From positions 1-53,925 of the forward strand of contig JBBQXX010000001.1 of the NCBI GenBank assembly GCA_038209235.1: 53,925 nt of DNA, written 5' to 3'. This DNA is from Sphingomonadales bacterium. GTDB taxonomy: Bacteria > Pseudomonadota > Alphaproteobacteria > Sphingomonadales > Sphingomonadaceae. Shown here piece after piece: positions 18,087-27,761 of this stretch (positions are counted from its first letter, which is position 1; every line of letters begins with the position of its first letter). Under the pieces are notes generated by a model. The model was not told the origin of the DNA. It worked only from the letters and a program-made list of their open reading frames with translations, and searched no databases. The position numbers and the translations under genes are program-made.

Positions 18087-20243
18087 CTATTCAATGTCCA
18101 GTTTGACGCCAAGCCAAATCGTCCGGGGGATGCCGCGCTCGACGATCCCCGGCCCGCTGATCGCTGCCTGCACGGTAGCATTGAACAGGTTTTCGCCACG
18201 CAGTTCGACCAGCACTGTGCGGCTGATGCGCAGCGCTGCGCGTGCATCGAAAGTCAGCGCATCATCGAGCCGCAACACGCCCAGATCATCCTCGAACTGC
18301 GACCCGACATAGCGCAACGTCGCATTGATGCCGCTATCGCCGCCTTGCGGAAACCAGCCGAGCGAGCCGATGGCAAAATGGCGCGGCACTTGCGCCGGAC
18401 GCAGCCCGTCGATCGCCATCTGGCCGGGGCCAGCTTCGACCCTGGCATCGACAAAGCTATAGGCGGTAAACAGATCGAAATCGCCGATATTTGCGCGCGC
18501 CTCGATCTCGATGCCTTTGGCTTCGACCGCATCGAGATTCTGGCGTTGGTTGAAGCTGCCCGCCGCCGAGACGAACCCTGCCCCGGGGAATATGCCGGGC
18601 CCACGTGCCAGCGTGACATTGGCGATCGCATTGTCGAGCCGGTTCCAGAACACGGTAGCGCCAAACCGCAGCGTGAAAATCTCGTAATCCAGGCCCAGCT
18701 CAACGCCCTGCAAACGCTCTGGTGCAAGCGCGGCGTTGGCCGCGGTCGCATCTGCGCCGACACGGAACGGTCGATACAGCTCGTTCAATGTGGGCAAGCG
18801 CCAGCCAAGATAGCCCGCGCCGCGCACCGTCAGCAGCGATGCAGCGTCCCACGCGAAACCCAGCCTGCCGGTGCCTTCCCAGCCATCACGATCGCCAAAA
18901 TCGGTGCTGGTCAGCGCCGCGCCGCTGGCGAGCACTGTCTCACGCAGCGTGCCGTTGCTCAGCTGCCAACGGTCGATCCGCGCGCCGCCGGTGAGCAGCA
19001 GGTCAGGGCTGGCCTGCCAGCTCGCCTCGGCAAAGCCACCCAGCGTGTCGGTGGACCCGCCCGCCCGGCGCATCCGGGTGGGGCTGCCTGCAACAAACGT
19101 GAACAGTTCGCGCGTCTCGCCAACCGTGCGTCGCCATTCGCCGCCAATCCGCAATTCGATCCCCTCGCCCACTGGCGGGCGAACCTCCAGCCGGGTACCA
19201 AGGCCGGTTGAAGGCACATTGAACTGATCGAGCGTTTGCGTAGCGGTGGATCGGTTGGCGCTGACCGCCGCAAAGCTGTTCTCGAAACTGCGCATCTGCA
19301 CATAGGCCAGCGCCGACCAGGCCCAGCGCCCGCGCCCGACCAGGCGGACGCTGGCATCGGCACCGTCGTTGGCGTTGTCGCTGAAGGCAAAGCCGCGCTC
19401 GCGCTGATCGGTAAACGCGCGCGCGCTGGCCTGCAATTCGGTGGTGGAGTTTATGGGTGCAACGAAGCGCAGCGCCAGCCCGGCCTGCTCATACGCCGCG
19501 GGCCTGTCGACCGCTCCGCGCTGGCGGGCGATAATCGGGATGAAGCCATCGCCGCGCGCGTATTGCGCCGAGATCGAAAGCCCGCCTGCTCCCAGAGCCT
19601 GGGTGGTGCCGACACTGGCTTCGAGCGAATCGCGGCTGCCATAGGCCAGATCACCGTAGACAGTCGACTGATCGGTCGCGATCCCCGCGCTGTTCAGTTC
19701 GATCGTGCCGGCCAGCGCGCCGGGCCCATCGGTGCCGGTGCCGCCGCCGCGCCGCACGCGCACCGAAGCCAGGTTCAACGCATCATAGCCGGGAAAGCTG
19801 ATCCAGCCGCCAAACGGATCGGATTGCGGGACGCCGTCGAGGATCAGCAGCGCCCGGCTGGATGCATTCCCGCCAAGACCGCGCAGGGTGACGCCCTGGC
19901 TCGTCGGGTTGGCGCTTCTGGCATCGGTACGGCGGAACTGTTGCAATCCAGGAACGAGCCGCAGGGCGTTCTCCAGTCGCTGGCTGGGCTCGTTGGCAAG
20001 CATGGCGGGGCTGATGCTGGTGATGCTGTAGGCGCGGTCACCGATCGGGTCTGCCAAAGGTTCGCCGACGACCGTGATGACCGGGTCGGCAATGGCAATT
20101 TCGTCCTGTTGCGCCCAGGCGGGAGACGCAGCGAGAAATGAAGCGACGGTAACGGCAACAACAATGCTGTTTTCCGGCGCAAGGCGGCTCCTGGGTTGCG
20201 GGTTTCGCCCGAAAACGGTGTGTGATCCCAGGCGCACACTCAT
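18087..20243 (-). CDS. TonB-dependent receptor
   Basis: Signal peptide ending AWAQ, plug motifs LRG.G...RAL...DGVP and GALAG.I, and C-terminal ENLFN...PRT...G.K. Confidence 0.92.
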   Translation of the reverse strand: MSVRLGSHTVFGRNPQPRSRLAPENSIVVAVTVASFLAASPAWAQQDEIAIADPVITVVGEPLADPIGDRAYSITSISPAMLANEPSQRLENALRLVPGLQQFRRTDARSANPTSQGVTLRGLGGNASSRALLILDGVPQSDPFGGWISFPGYDALNLASVRVRRGGGTGTDGPGALAGTIELNSAGIATDQSTVYGDLAYGSRDSLEASVGTTQALGAGGLSISAQYARGDGFIPIIARQRGAVDRPAAYEQAGLALRFVAPINSTTELQASARAFTDQRERGFAFSDNANDGADASVRLVGRGRWAWSALAYVQMRSFENSFAAVSANRSTATQTLDQFNVPSTGLGTRLEVRPPVGEGIELRIGGEWRRTVGETRELFTFVAGSPTRMRRAGGSTDTLGGFAEASWQASPDLLLTGGARIDRWQLSNGTLRETVLASGAALTSTDFGDRDGWEGTGRLGFAWDAASLLTVRGAGYLGWRLPTLNELYRPFRVGADATAANAALAPERLQGVELGLDYEIFTLRFGATVFWNRLDNAIANVTLARGPGIFPGAGFVSAAGSFNQRQNLDAVEAKGIEIEARANIGDFDLFTAYSFVDARVEAGPGQMAIDGLRPAQVPRHFAIGSLGWFPQGGDSGINATLRYVGSQFEDDLGVLRLDDALTFDARAALRISRTVLVELRGENLFNATVQAAISGPGIVERGIPRTIWLGVKLDIE

Positions 20244-20929
20244 GCCCCGGCTTTTACCGCATCAGGATGGGCCATCGCAAAGGCTGGCAACACCTGTAAG
20301 TCCGCATCGATCCGCACCAGCCTGGGATAAGGCGACAGGTCCAGATCGAACCGCCGCGCATTGGACATCTGCGGCACCAGACACACGTCGGTCAGGTCGG
20401 GGCCTGCCCCGCCTGCCAATGCTGCCCCGCCTGCCAATCCTGCCCCGCCTGCCAACCTTGGCCCGCCGAACAATCCGGCGTCAGGCGCAAGCGCCTCCAG
20501 CGCAGCAAAGCCTTCTGCAACCCAATGCCGATACCAGTCATCGATGGCCGCCTGGTCCTGCCCCATCACGGTCTTGAGATATCTGAGCATCCGCAAATTG
20601 TTCACCGGATGAATGTCGGCAATGATGATCATCGCCCGCGCCAGCGTTGCCGCGCGCGCTGCCGGATCGGCAGGAAGCAGGCGAGGAATGGGGCATATGG
20701 CATCGAGATAGTCGATGATCGCCAGCGACTGGGTGAGGTCAAGCCCATCGATTTGCAGCATCGGCACAAAGCCTTGCGGATTGCGCGCGACATAATCTGG
20801 CGCTTTCTGGGCGCTGGCCACCAGATCGGTCGGGATGGCGCGATAGGCTATGCCTTTGAGGTTGAGCGCGATGCGGACGCGGTAGCTGGCCGAAGACCGC
20901 CAATAATCGAAAAGCACAACCTCTTGCAT
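20240..20929 (-). CDS. maiA: Maleylacetoacetate isomerase (GST zeta class)
   Basis: YWRSSASYRVRIALNLKG, NPQG.VP.L, LTQSLAII.YL, DIHP.NNLR and D.CLVPQ..NARRF motifs. Confidence 0.95.
   Translation of the reverse strand: MQEVVLFDYWRSSASYRVRIALNLKGIAYRAIPTDLVASAQKAPDYVARNPQGFVPMLQIDGLDLTQSLAIIDYLDAICPIPRLLPADPAARAATLARAMIIIADIHPVNNLRMLRYLKTVMGQDQAAIDDWYRHWVAEGFAALEALAPDAGLFGGPRLAGGAGLAGGAALAGGAGPDLTDVCLVPQMSNARRFDLDLSPYPRLVRIDADLQVLPAFAMAHPDAVKAGA
20403..20456 (-). repeat. In-frame 18-bp tandem repeat x3 (LAGGAG) inside maiA
   Basis: (C/G)CTGCCCCGCCTGCCAA(T/C) three times on the + strand. Confidence 0.95.
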
Positions 20930-21039
20930 ATATCGCTCCGCAACGTTGGGGCCGGTCGCTGGCCGGGCCGCGCACCATATGGTCCGAACGCGGCTATGCA
21001 AGGCTTGTTTCCTGCAAGAGCAAAGCTATTGCTCTATAT

Positions 21040-21633
21040 ATGACCGACACGCCTGTCCTTGTGCTGTTCGCCAAATATCCGGTCCCCGGCTATGCCAAGA
21101 CACGGCTGATTCCGGCGCTGGGGGCCAATCGAGCAGCGCTTGTCCATCGCCATCTGGCAGCGCTTACCGTGGCAAAGCTGATGGCCAGCAACGCGCCGGT
21201 AGAGGTGCGCTATGCCGGTGCCAGCGCCGATATGATGCGCGAGTGGCTGGGGAACGGTGTCACCCTGATCGAACAGGTCGAGGGCGGCCTGACCGAGCGG
21301 CTGATCGATGCCAGCCGCGCTGCGCCGCATATATTTTTCGGTGCCGATACCCCGGATCTGGATGGCGAAACCATCAACGCTGCGATCACGGCGCTGCGCG
21401 ACCATGACATTGTCATCGGTCCAGCAGAAGATGGCGGCTACTACCTCATCGGCATGAATGAGGCGCGCCCAGAACTGTTGACCGATATGCCGTGGAGCAC
21501 CGAGCAGGTTTTTCCCGAAACGATGCGGCGTTGCGCATCGCTTGGCCTGACGACAGCCATTCTGCCGATGTTGGCAGACTGCGATCGGCCCGAGGATCTG
21601 GCGCGCTGGCCCGCCTTGCGCAGTCTTGCATGA
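21040..21633 (+). CDS. DUF2064 / TIGR04282-like transferase
   Basis: FAKYP.PG.AKTRL, Q..G.L.ERL, GAD.P.L, GPAEDGGYYLIG, PWST and D.D.PEDL motifs. Confidence 0.88.
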   Translation: MTDTPVLVLFAKYPVPGYAKTRLIPALGANRAALVHRHLAALTVAKLMASNAPVEVRYAGASADMMREWLGNGVTLIEQVEGGLTERLIDASRAAPHIFFGADTPDLDGETINAAITALRDHDIVIGPAEDGGYYLIGMNEARPELLTDMPWSTEQVFPETMRRCASLGLTTAILPMLADCDRPEDLARWPALRSLA

Positions 21634-22352
21634 CCAGCGTAACACTGATGATTCCGGCGCTCAACGAGGCTACAGCGCTGCCCGCAACCATCGCCAATGT
21701 CGCGCAGATGGAGCCCCAGCCCGACGAAATTCTGCTGATCGACGGCGGCAGCGAGGATGACACATTTGCGCTGGCGAAAGCCGCCGGATGGCGGGTGCTT
21801 GTGTCGCCGACACGCGGGCGCGGACCGCAGATCAATTATGGGGTGGATCAGGCCAAAAGCACTCTGGTGTGCATCCTCCATGCCGACAGCCTGTTGCCCG
21901 CCGATGCGATCAGCCACATAAGGGCTGTGCTCAGTGACGACCGGATTGCGCTGGCGACGTTTTTGCCGATCATCCGCGGTGAAAAGCTGCGCTGGTTCAC
22001 CACCGCGCACAACTGGTGGAAAACCTATTACCCGCTGATCACCCACCCGCATCTGTTCATTCGCGGGGTGCGGCTGCTTTTCGGCGATCATGCGATGTTC
22101 TTCCGGCGCGCCGATTACCTGCGAATCGGAGGCATTCCGGCAGATGCAACAATCATGGAGGAAGCCGACCTGTGCGTCGGCTTCGCGCGAATCGGCAAGC
22201 TGAAAATGACCTGCAAGCCGGTGATCACCTCAGACCGCCGAATCGCAGCATGGGGACCGCTGAAGGCCAACTATATCTACCTGAAAGTCGGGCTCGCCTG
22301 GACCTTCGGGATGCGGCACCGCCTCAAGGATATGTACCCCGACATACGGTAA
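21630..22352 (+). CDS. GT2 glycosyltransferase, TIGR04283-like
   Basis: IPALNEA, DGGSEDDT, GR..Q.N.G, LHAD, FGD, MEE and TS.RR motifs; ATGA overlap with the upstream gene. Confidence 0.88.
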   Translation: MTSVTLMIPALNEATALPATIANVAQMEPQPDEILLIDGGSEDDTFALAKAAGWRVLVSPTRGRGPQINYGVDQAKSTLVCILHADSLLPADAISHIRAVLSDDRIALATFLPIIRGEKLRWFTTAHNWWKTYYPLITHPHLFIRGVRLLFGDHAMFFRRADYLRIGGIPADATIMEEADLCVGFARIGKLKMTCKPVITSDRRIAAWGPLKANYIYLKVGLAWTFGMRHRLKDMYPDIR

Positions 22353-22355
22353 ACT

Positions 22356-22389
22356 GCCTTTTTTTGGCAATTACCCCTGCCAAAAAGGC
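22356..22389. terminator. Hairpin after the glycosyltransferase pair
   Basis: GCCTTTTTTTGGCA-ATTACCCC-TGCCAAAAAGGC inverted repeat. Confidence 0.45.
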
Positions 22390-22512
22390 TGGGTTCGATG
22401 CTTTTGCAAACAATCGTCGCAAGATGGGCACGTTCGCGCATTTCGCAGTTGCAATATAATTGTGTTTATGACATTCAAGATTTGAAAGTTCACCGTCTCC
22501 TGGAGATACCGC

Positions 22513-22743
22513 ATGAAACTCTTTAAACCTGCATTGGTTGCGATTGCCCTGACCGCGATGGTCGGTGCTCCCGTTCTTGCCCAGGCTGTCTCGGCACCTG
22601 TGGCTGCTCGCACCTCGGCTGCTTCTTCGGAAGACAGTGAAGCCGAAGGCAGCACCGGCATCATCATCGGTGTGGTAGCTGCTGCTGCCGTTATCGGCGG
22701 CATCATCATCATCGCTGATGATGATGAACCCAACAGCCCCTGA
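22513..22743 (+). CDS. Small exported protein with C-terminal hydrophobic helix
   Basis: GGAG RBS, signal peptide ending VLAQ, C-terminal IIIGVVAAAAVIGGIIII followed by acidic tail DDDEPNSP; has its own terminator. Confidence 0.85.
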   Translation: MKLFKPALVAIALTAMVGAPVLAQAVSAPVAARTSAASSEDSEAEGSTGIIIGVVAAAAVIGGIIIIADDDEPNSP

Positions 22744-22766
22744 TTTTATCAGGCGCCAGCTATACG

Positions 22767-22795
22767 AAAAAGGCGGCCCTAGGGTCGCCTTTTTT
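22767..22795 (+). terminator. Rho-independent terminator
   Basis: AAAAAGGCGGCCC-TA-GGGTCGCCTTTTTT. Confidence 0.85.
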
Positions 22796-22969
22796 GATTC
22801 TGGGTGACGTTTGCCAGGAAGACATCGTTGGTGAAAGTCGATTGAACGTGTCGCGACAATCGAATTGTGAACAGCTGCAACGTCAAGCTTTCAAAGTGTC
22901 AAAGCCAGGGCAACCGACTGATCACCATCCATCTGCCGGGCAGAAATTTGCATGCTGTCCCCCGGCCAC

Positions 22970-22985
22970 TTACCTGTTTATTAAC
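22970..22985 (+). promoter_or_regulatory. CtrA-like box upstream of wecC
   Basis: TTAC-N7-TTAAC, one mismatch to TTAA-N7-TTAAC. Confidence 0.45.
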
Positions 22986-23062
22986 CGAAACCGCCGATAG
23001 CAAGCGTCTGTCATGGCCACAGGCGCGCGCAGCACCGGGCCGTATCACGCCGGGGATTGACC

Positions 23063-24361
23063 ATGTTATCCGACAAGAAGCCTGAAGTTTGCATCCTTGG
23101 CCTTGGCTATATCGGCCTGCCGACAGCAGCGATCATCGCCCGGTCGGGCTGCCGTGTGCTCGGCGTCGATGTCAGCGAACATGTCGTCAACACCATCGCC
23201 GAGGGCCGCATCCACATCGAGGAAGTCGATCTCGATGGGCTTGTCCAGGGGGTGGTCGGCCGGGGCATGCTGCGCACCTCGCTTGCGGTCGAACCGGCAG
23301 ATGTGTTCGTCATCGCGGTGCCGACGCCGTTCGACGAGGATCACGCGCCCGATATCAGCTACGTCCTGCAGGCCGCCAGCAGCATCGCTGCCGTGATCAA
23401 GCCGGGCGACTGTATCATCCTTGAATCGACCTCGCCGGTGGGGACCACCGAAGAAATGCGCGATATGATCGCCAGGCTTCGGCCCGATCTCAGGATTCCC
23501 GGCCTCACCGCAGATATTCCCGATATCGCGATCGCCTATTGCCCGGAGCGCGTTCTGCCCGGTCGCATCCTGGAAGAGCTGACCAACAACGATCGCTCGA
23601 TTGGCGGAATAACACCGCGATGCGCGCGCAAGGCGCTGACCTTTTACCGGCGGTTTGTGCGCGGCGAATGCATCACCACCGATGCCCGCTCGGCCGAGAT
23701 GACCAAGCTGGTCGAAAACGCCTATCGCGATGTCAATATCGCCTTTGCCAATGAACTGTCGATGGTCGCTGATCACATGGGGCTGGACGTTTGGGAGGTG
23801 ATCCGCCTCGCCAACCGCCACCCACGCGTCAATATCCTTCAACCCGGCCCCGGCGTTGGCGGCCATTGCATTGCGGTCGATCCGTGGTTCATCATCTACG
23901 GTGCACCCGATGACACCCCGCTCATCCGCACCGCGCGCCGGGTCAACGATGGCAAGGTCGGTCATGTGCTCGCCAAGGCAGGCGCGATGATCGAGGCCAA
24001 TCCGGCGGCGCGCGTTGCGTGTCTGGGGCTGGCGTTCAAGGCCAATATCGATGATTTCCGCGAAAGCCCGGCCAACAAGGTCGCGCTCGCGCTGGCCAAG
24101 ACATATGGCGATCGCATCGCGATTGTCGAGCCTTATGCGCAAAGCCTTCCGCCCGCCTATGATGGCCTTGGCGCGAGCCTGATCGATCTGGATGATGCCA
24201 TCGAAAACTGCGATATGTTCATCGTGCTGGTCGATCACGACGTGTTCAAATCGATCCCGCTTGCCGAGCGCGCGGGCAAGACGGTTTATGATACGCGCGG
24301 CATCTGGCCCGACCAGCCAGCCATGCCGGCGCGCGCGGGTCAATTGCGACTTGCCGGTTGA
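23063..24361 (+). CDS. wecC: UDP-N-acetyl-D-mannosamine dehydrogenase
   Basis: GLGYIGLPTA, IAVPTPF, ESTSPVGTT, YCPERVLPG, GPGVGGHCIAVDPWF and GLAFKANIDD.RESPA motifs. Confidence 0.93.
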   Translation: MLSDKKPEVCILGLGYIGLPTAAIIARSGCRVLGVDVSEHVVNTIAEGRIHIEEVDLDGLVQGVVGRGMLRTSLAVEPADVFVIAVPTPFDEDHAPDISYVLQAASSIAAVIKPGDCIILESTSPVGTTEEMRDMIARLRPDLRIPGLTADIPDIAIAYCPERVLPGRILEELTNNDRSIGGITPRCARKALTFYRRFVRGECITTDARSAEMTKLVENAYRDVNIAFANELSMVADHMGLDVWEVIRLANRHPRVNILQPGPGVGGHCIAVDPWFIIYGAPDDTPLIRTARRVNDGKVGHVLAKAGAMIEANPAARVACLGLAFKANIDDFRESPANKVALALAKTYGDRIAIVEPYAQSLPPAYDGLGASLIDLDDAIENCDMFIVLVDHDVFKSIPLAERAGKTVYDTRGIWPDQPAMPARAGQLRLAG

Positions 24362-24378
24362 TCGGGCAAGATCGGTCG

Positions 24379-25377
24379 ATGGCGATTCTTGTTACTGGAG
24401 CGGCAGGCTTTATCGGCCATGCGCTTGCCCGCGCGCTGATGATGCGCGGCGAGCACGTTATCGGCATCGACAACCTCAACGCTTATTATGAGCCGGCGCT
24501 GAAACATGCCCGATTGGCCGATCTGGCGCGGATCAACGCGGGGCGGTTTGAGTTTTTGCCGATCGACTTTGCCGATCACGCAGCGCTCGATGCCGCGCTG
24601 GCCGGACATGATTTCGGCCCGATCGTTCACCTGGGAGCACAGGCCGGTGTGCGTTACAGCATCGATCATCCGCGCGCCTATGTGCAGTCCAATCTGGTCG
24701 GGCACCTGAACATGCTCGAGCTGGCACGCCAGCGCGGATCTTCGCATTTCGTCTATGCGTCCTCGTCATCGGTCTATGGCAATACGGCCAGAACCCCGTT
24801 CAGCGTTGCAGATCGGGTCGATCATCCGGTCTCGCTTTATGCTGCCACCAAAAAGGCGGACGAACTGATGAGCGAGACCTACGCGCATCTGTATCGCCTG
24901 CCGATGACCGGTCTGCGTTTCTTTACCGTCTACGGCCCCTGGGGCCGACCGGACATGGCGTTGTGGAAGTTCACCAGCGCTATTTTGCAGGGCAAGCCGA
25001 TCGACGTTTACAACCACGGCGATATGCGCCGCGACTTCACCTATATCGACGATATCGTGGCAGGCGTGGTTGCGGTGATCGACCACCCGCCCGCCGATGA
25101 CGCTCAGGCCAAGCCCGGCGGCAGCGTATCCCCGCACACGCTCTACAATATCGGCAACAACCGGCCTGAGCCGCTCGGGCGGATGATCGATGTGATCGAG
25201 GCGGCGTGTGGCAGGCCCGCAGTGCGCAATATGCTGCCGATGCAGCCAGGCGATGTTTATGAGACATACGCCGATATCAGCGCAATTTCGGCAGATCTGG
25301 GATATGCCCCGGGCACCAGCATCGACACCGGCATCCCGCGCTTTGTCGAATGGTATCGCAGCTATACCGGCCAATAG
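24379..25377 (+). CDS. NAD-dependent epimerase, UDP-glucuronate 4-epimerase type
   Basis: VTGAAGFIG, AQAGVRYS, YASSSSVYG, YAATKK, FFTVYGPWGRPDMA and MQPGDV motifs. Confidence 0.93.
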   Translation: MAILVTGAAGFIGHALARALMMRGEHVIGIDNLNAYYEPALKHARLADLARINAGRFEFLPIDFADHAALDAALAGHDFGPIVHLGAQAGVRYSIDHPRAYVQSNLVGHLNMLELARQRGSSHFVYASSSSVYGNTARTPFSVADRVDHPVSLYAATKKADELMSETYAHLYRLPMTGLRFFTVYGPWGRPDMALWKFTSAILQGKPIDVYNHGDMRRDFTYIDDIVAGVVAVIDHPPADDAQAKPGGSVSPHTLYNIGNNRPEPLGRMIDVIEAACGRPAVRNMLPMQPGDVYETYADISAISADLGYAPGTSIDTGIPRFVEWYRSYTGQ

Positions 25378-25471
25378 CTTGTGCCGGTAACCTGCCGACT
25401 GTAGCGTGGCTGCAAGCACAGGCAAGACTGCCAATCGGCGCAGGGGCCAAGTGCAGCAGGAGAGCGGGCAG

Positions 25472-25774
25472 ATGCTGATCGTCGAAGGGTGGGTGCGCTT
25501 TGCCCCAGGAGACCTGGACAAGCTTATCCAGATGGCGCGGATGATGGTCGACGAAACGCTGCAAGAGCCAGGCTGCCTGCATTACAGCTATGCCCGCGAC
25601 ATCAGCGATCCCGATGTGTTGCGCATATCCGAACGCTGGGCCGATCAGGCAGCGCTCGATGCGCATTTCACCGCGCCGCATATGGCGTCGTTCGGTGCCG
25701 GGCTGGCGCAGGTCGAACGGCTTGGCGCTGACGTGCGGGTTTACTCTGGCGAAGAAATCAAGCGCCTGATGTAG
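25472..25774 (+). CDS. Antibiotic biosynthesis monooxygenase (ABM) family protein
   Basis: EPGCL.Y, ERW.D.AALDAH..APHM motifs; AGGAG RBS. Confidence 0.88.
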   Translation: MLIVEGWVRFAPGDLDKLIQMARMMVDETLQEPGCLHYSYARDISDPDVLRISERWADQAALDAHFTAPHMASFGAGLAQVERLGADVRVYSGEEIKRLM

Positions 25775-25776
25775 GG

Positions 25777-25806
25777 CTTGCGCGGCCATGCCGTTCCCAC
25801 CATATC
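25777..25806 (+). promoter_or_regulatory. Putative RpoH promoter of hslVU
   Basis: CTTGCG-N16-ACCATATC just upstream of hslV. Confidence 0.6.
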
Positions 25807-25813
25807 GCGCAAC

Positions 25814-26377
25814 ATGAGCAGAAATGACAGCAGCATGCCGGTTTGGCATGGCACCACCATCGTCGGCATTCGCAGGAACGGCAAGGCGGTGATCGCAGGC
25901 GATGGCCAGGTTTCGATGGGGCAAACGATCATGAAGCCCAACGCGCGCAAGGTGCGCAGGCTGGGTGACGGATCGGTGATCGCAGGGTTTGCAGGCGCGA
26001 CGGCAGACGCCTTTACGCTGTTCGAACGGCTTGAGGCGAAGCTGGAGCGTCATGCCGGGCAGTTGATGCGCTCTGCTGTGGAACTGGCCAAGGATTGGCG
26101 GACCGACAAGTATCTGCGCAATCTGGAAGCGATGATGATCGTTGCCGACAGGGACGTGACGTTGATCCTCACCGGCAATGGCGATGTGCTGGAACCGGCT
26201 GATGGTGTTGCTGCGATCGGATCAGGCGGTAATTACGCGTTAGCCGCCGCACGCGCGTTGCTCGATTACGAACAGGATGCCGAGGTGATTGCACGCAAGG
26301 CAATGAAGATTGCCGCCGATGTTTGCGTTTATACGAACGAGTCGGTCACCATAGAAGTGCTGACAGACGCCGCCTGA
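25814..26377 (+). CDS. hslV: ATP-dependent protease subunit HslV
   Basis: HGTTI (catalytic Thr), [26 protein letters not shown] and IGSGGNYA motifs. Confidence 0.98.
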   Translation: MSRNDSSMPVWHGTTIVGIRRNGKAVIAGDGQVSMGQTIMKPNARKVRRLGDGSVIAGFAGATADAFTLFERLEAKLERHAGQLMRSAVELAKDWRTDKYLRNLEAMMIVADRDVTLILTGNGDVLEPADGVAAIGSGGNYALAAARALLDYEQDAEVIARKAMKIAADVCVYTNESVTIEVLTDAA

Positions 26378-26410
26378 AACCTGTCCCCCATTTCATACAG
26401 AAGAACACCC

Positions 26411-27712
26411 ATGACCGACAGCCTTACCCCCAAGACCATTGTCGCTGCACTCGATGCGCATATCATCGGGCAGCAGGACGCCAAGCGCGCGGTCGCCGTG
26501 GCGCTGCGCAACCGCTGGCGCCGCCAGCGGTTGCCCGTTGAGCTTCGCGATGAGGTAACCCCGAAGAACATTCTGCTGATCGGCCCCACCGGGTGCGGCA
26601 AGACCGAAATTTCGCGGCGTCTGGCCAAGCTTGCCGACGCACCGTTCATCAAGATCGAGGCGACCAAGTTTACCGAGGTCGGCTATGTCGGGCGCGATGT
26701 TGATCAGATCGCGCGTGATCTGGTCGAGGACGCGGTGCGGCTCGAAAAGGACCGTCGGCGTGACAAGGTGCGTGAGGCTGCTTCCGATGCGGCAATGGAG
26801 CGGCTGCTCAACGCGCTGGTCGGCGACAGCGCCAGCGAAGCGACGCGGCAGAGCTTTCGCCAGCGCATCACCGACAATCATATGAACGATACCGAAGTCG
26901 AGATCGAGGTGGAATCCGCGCCCAATATGCCGATGGAGATACCCGGCATGGGCGGTCAGGTGGGCATGATCAACCTTAGCGACATGATGGGCAAGGCCTT
27001 CGGGCAGCAACGCACCAAGCCGCGCAAGATGCGCCTGGCCGACGCGTGGGACAAGCTGATCGAGGAAGAATCCGAAAAGCGGATGGATCAGGACGATGTC
27101 GCGCGCGTCGCGCTTGCCGACGCCGAGGCCAATGGCATCGTGTTTCTCGACGAGATCGACAAGATCGCGGTGTCCGATGTGCGCGGAGGCTCGGTCAGCC
27201 GCGAGGGCGTGCAGCGCGACCTGCTGCCGCTGATCGAAGGCACCACGGTTGCCACCAAATACGGCCCGATGAAGACCGACCATGTGCTGTTCATCGCATC
27301 TGGCGCATTCCACATCGCCAAGCCCAGCGACATGCTACCCGAATTGCAGGGCCGCCTGCCGATCCGGGTCGAACTCAAGGCGCTCACCGAGGAAGACTTT
27401 TTCCACATCCTCACCCAGACCAAGGCCAACCTGGCGCAACAGTACAGCGCATTGCTGGGCACCGAAGAGCTGACGCTCCACTTTACCGAAGATGCGTTGC
27501 GCGAGGTTGCGCGGATTGCGGCAGCGGTGAATGAATCGGTCGAAAACATCGGAGCGCGCAGGTTGCAGACGGTGATGGAAAAGCTGCTCGAAGACATCAG
27601 CTTCAACGCCGAGGACCGCCGCGGCGAGACGGTGACCGTTGATGCGGCGTATGTGCAGCAGCAGTTGGCCGGCATCGCAAAGAACACCGATCTGAGCAAG
27701 TACGTGCTGTAA
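26411..27712 (+). CDS. hslU: ATP-dependent protease ATPase subunit HslU
   Basis: [38 protein letters not shown] and ENIGARRL motifs. Confidence 0.99.
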   Translation: MTDSLTPKTIVAALDAHIIGQQDAKRAVAVALRNRWRRQRLPVELRDEVTPKNILLIGPTGCGKTEISRRLAKLADAPFIKIEATKFTEVGYVGRDVDQIARDLVEDAVRLEKDRRRDKVREAASDAAMERLLNALVGDSASEATRQSFRQRITDNHMNDTEVEIEVESAPNMPMEIPGMGGQVGMINLSDMMGKAFGQQRTKPRKMRLADAWDKLIEEESEKRMDQDDVARVALADAEANGIVFLDEIDKIAVSDVRGGSVSREGVQRDLLPLIEGTTVATKYGPMKTDHVLFIASGAFHIAKPSDMLPELQGRLPIRVELKALTEEDFFHILTQTKANLAQQYSALLGTEELTLHFTEDALREVARIAAAVNESVENIGARRLQTVMEKLLEDISFNAEDRRGETVTVDAAYVQQQLAGIAKNTDLSKYVL

Positions 27713-27716
27713 CTAA

Positions 27717-27742
27717 GGAACCGCAAGGCGCGAACCGGGGTT
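27717..27742 (+). promoter_or_regulatory. Possible EcfG (sigma-T) promoter
   Basis: GGAAC-N17-GGTT, about 20 nt upstream of the redoxin gene. Confidence 0.4.
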
Positions 27743-27761
27743 GGCAACAAAAGGATATTTC

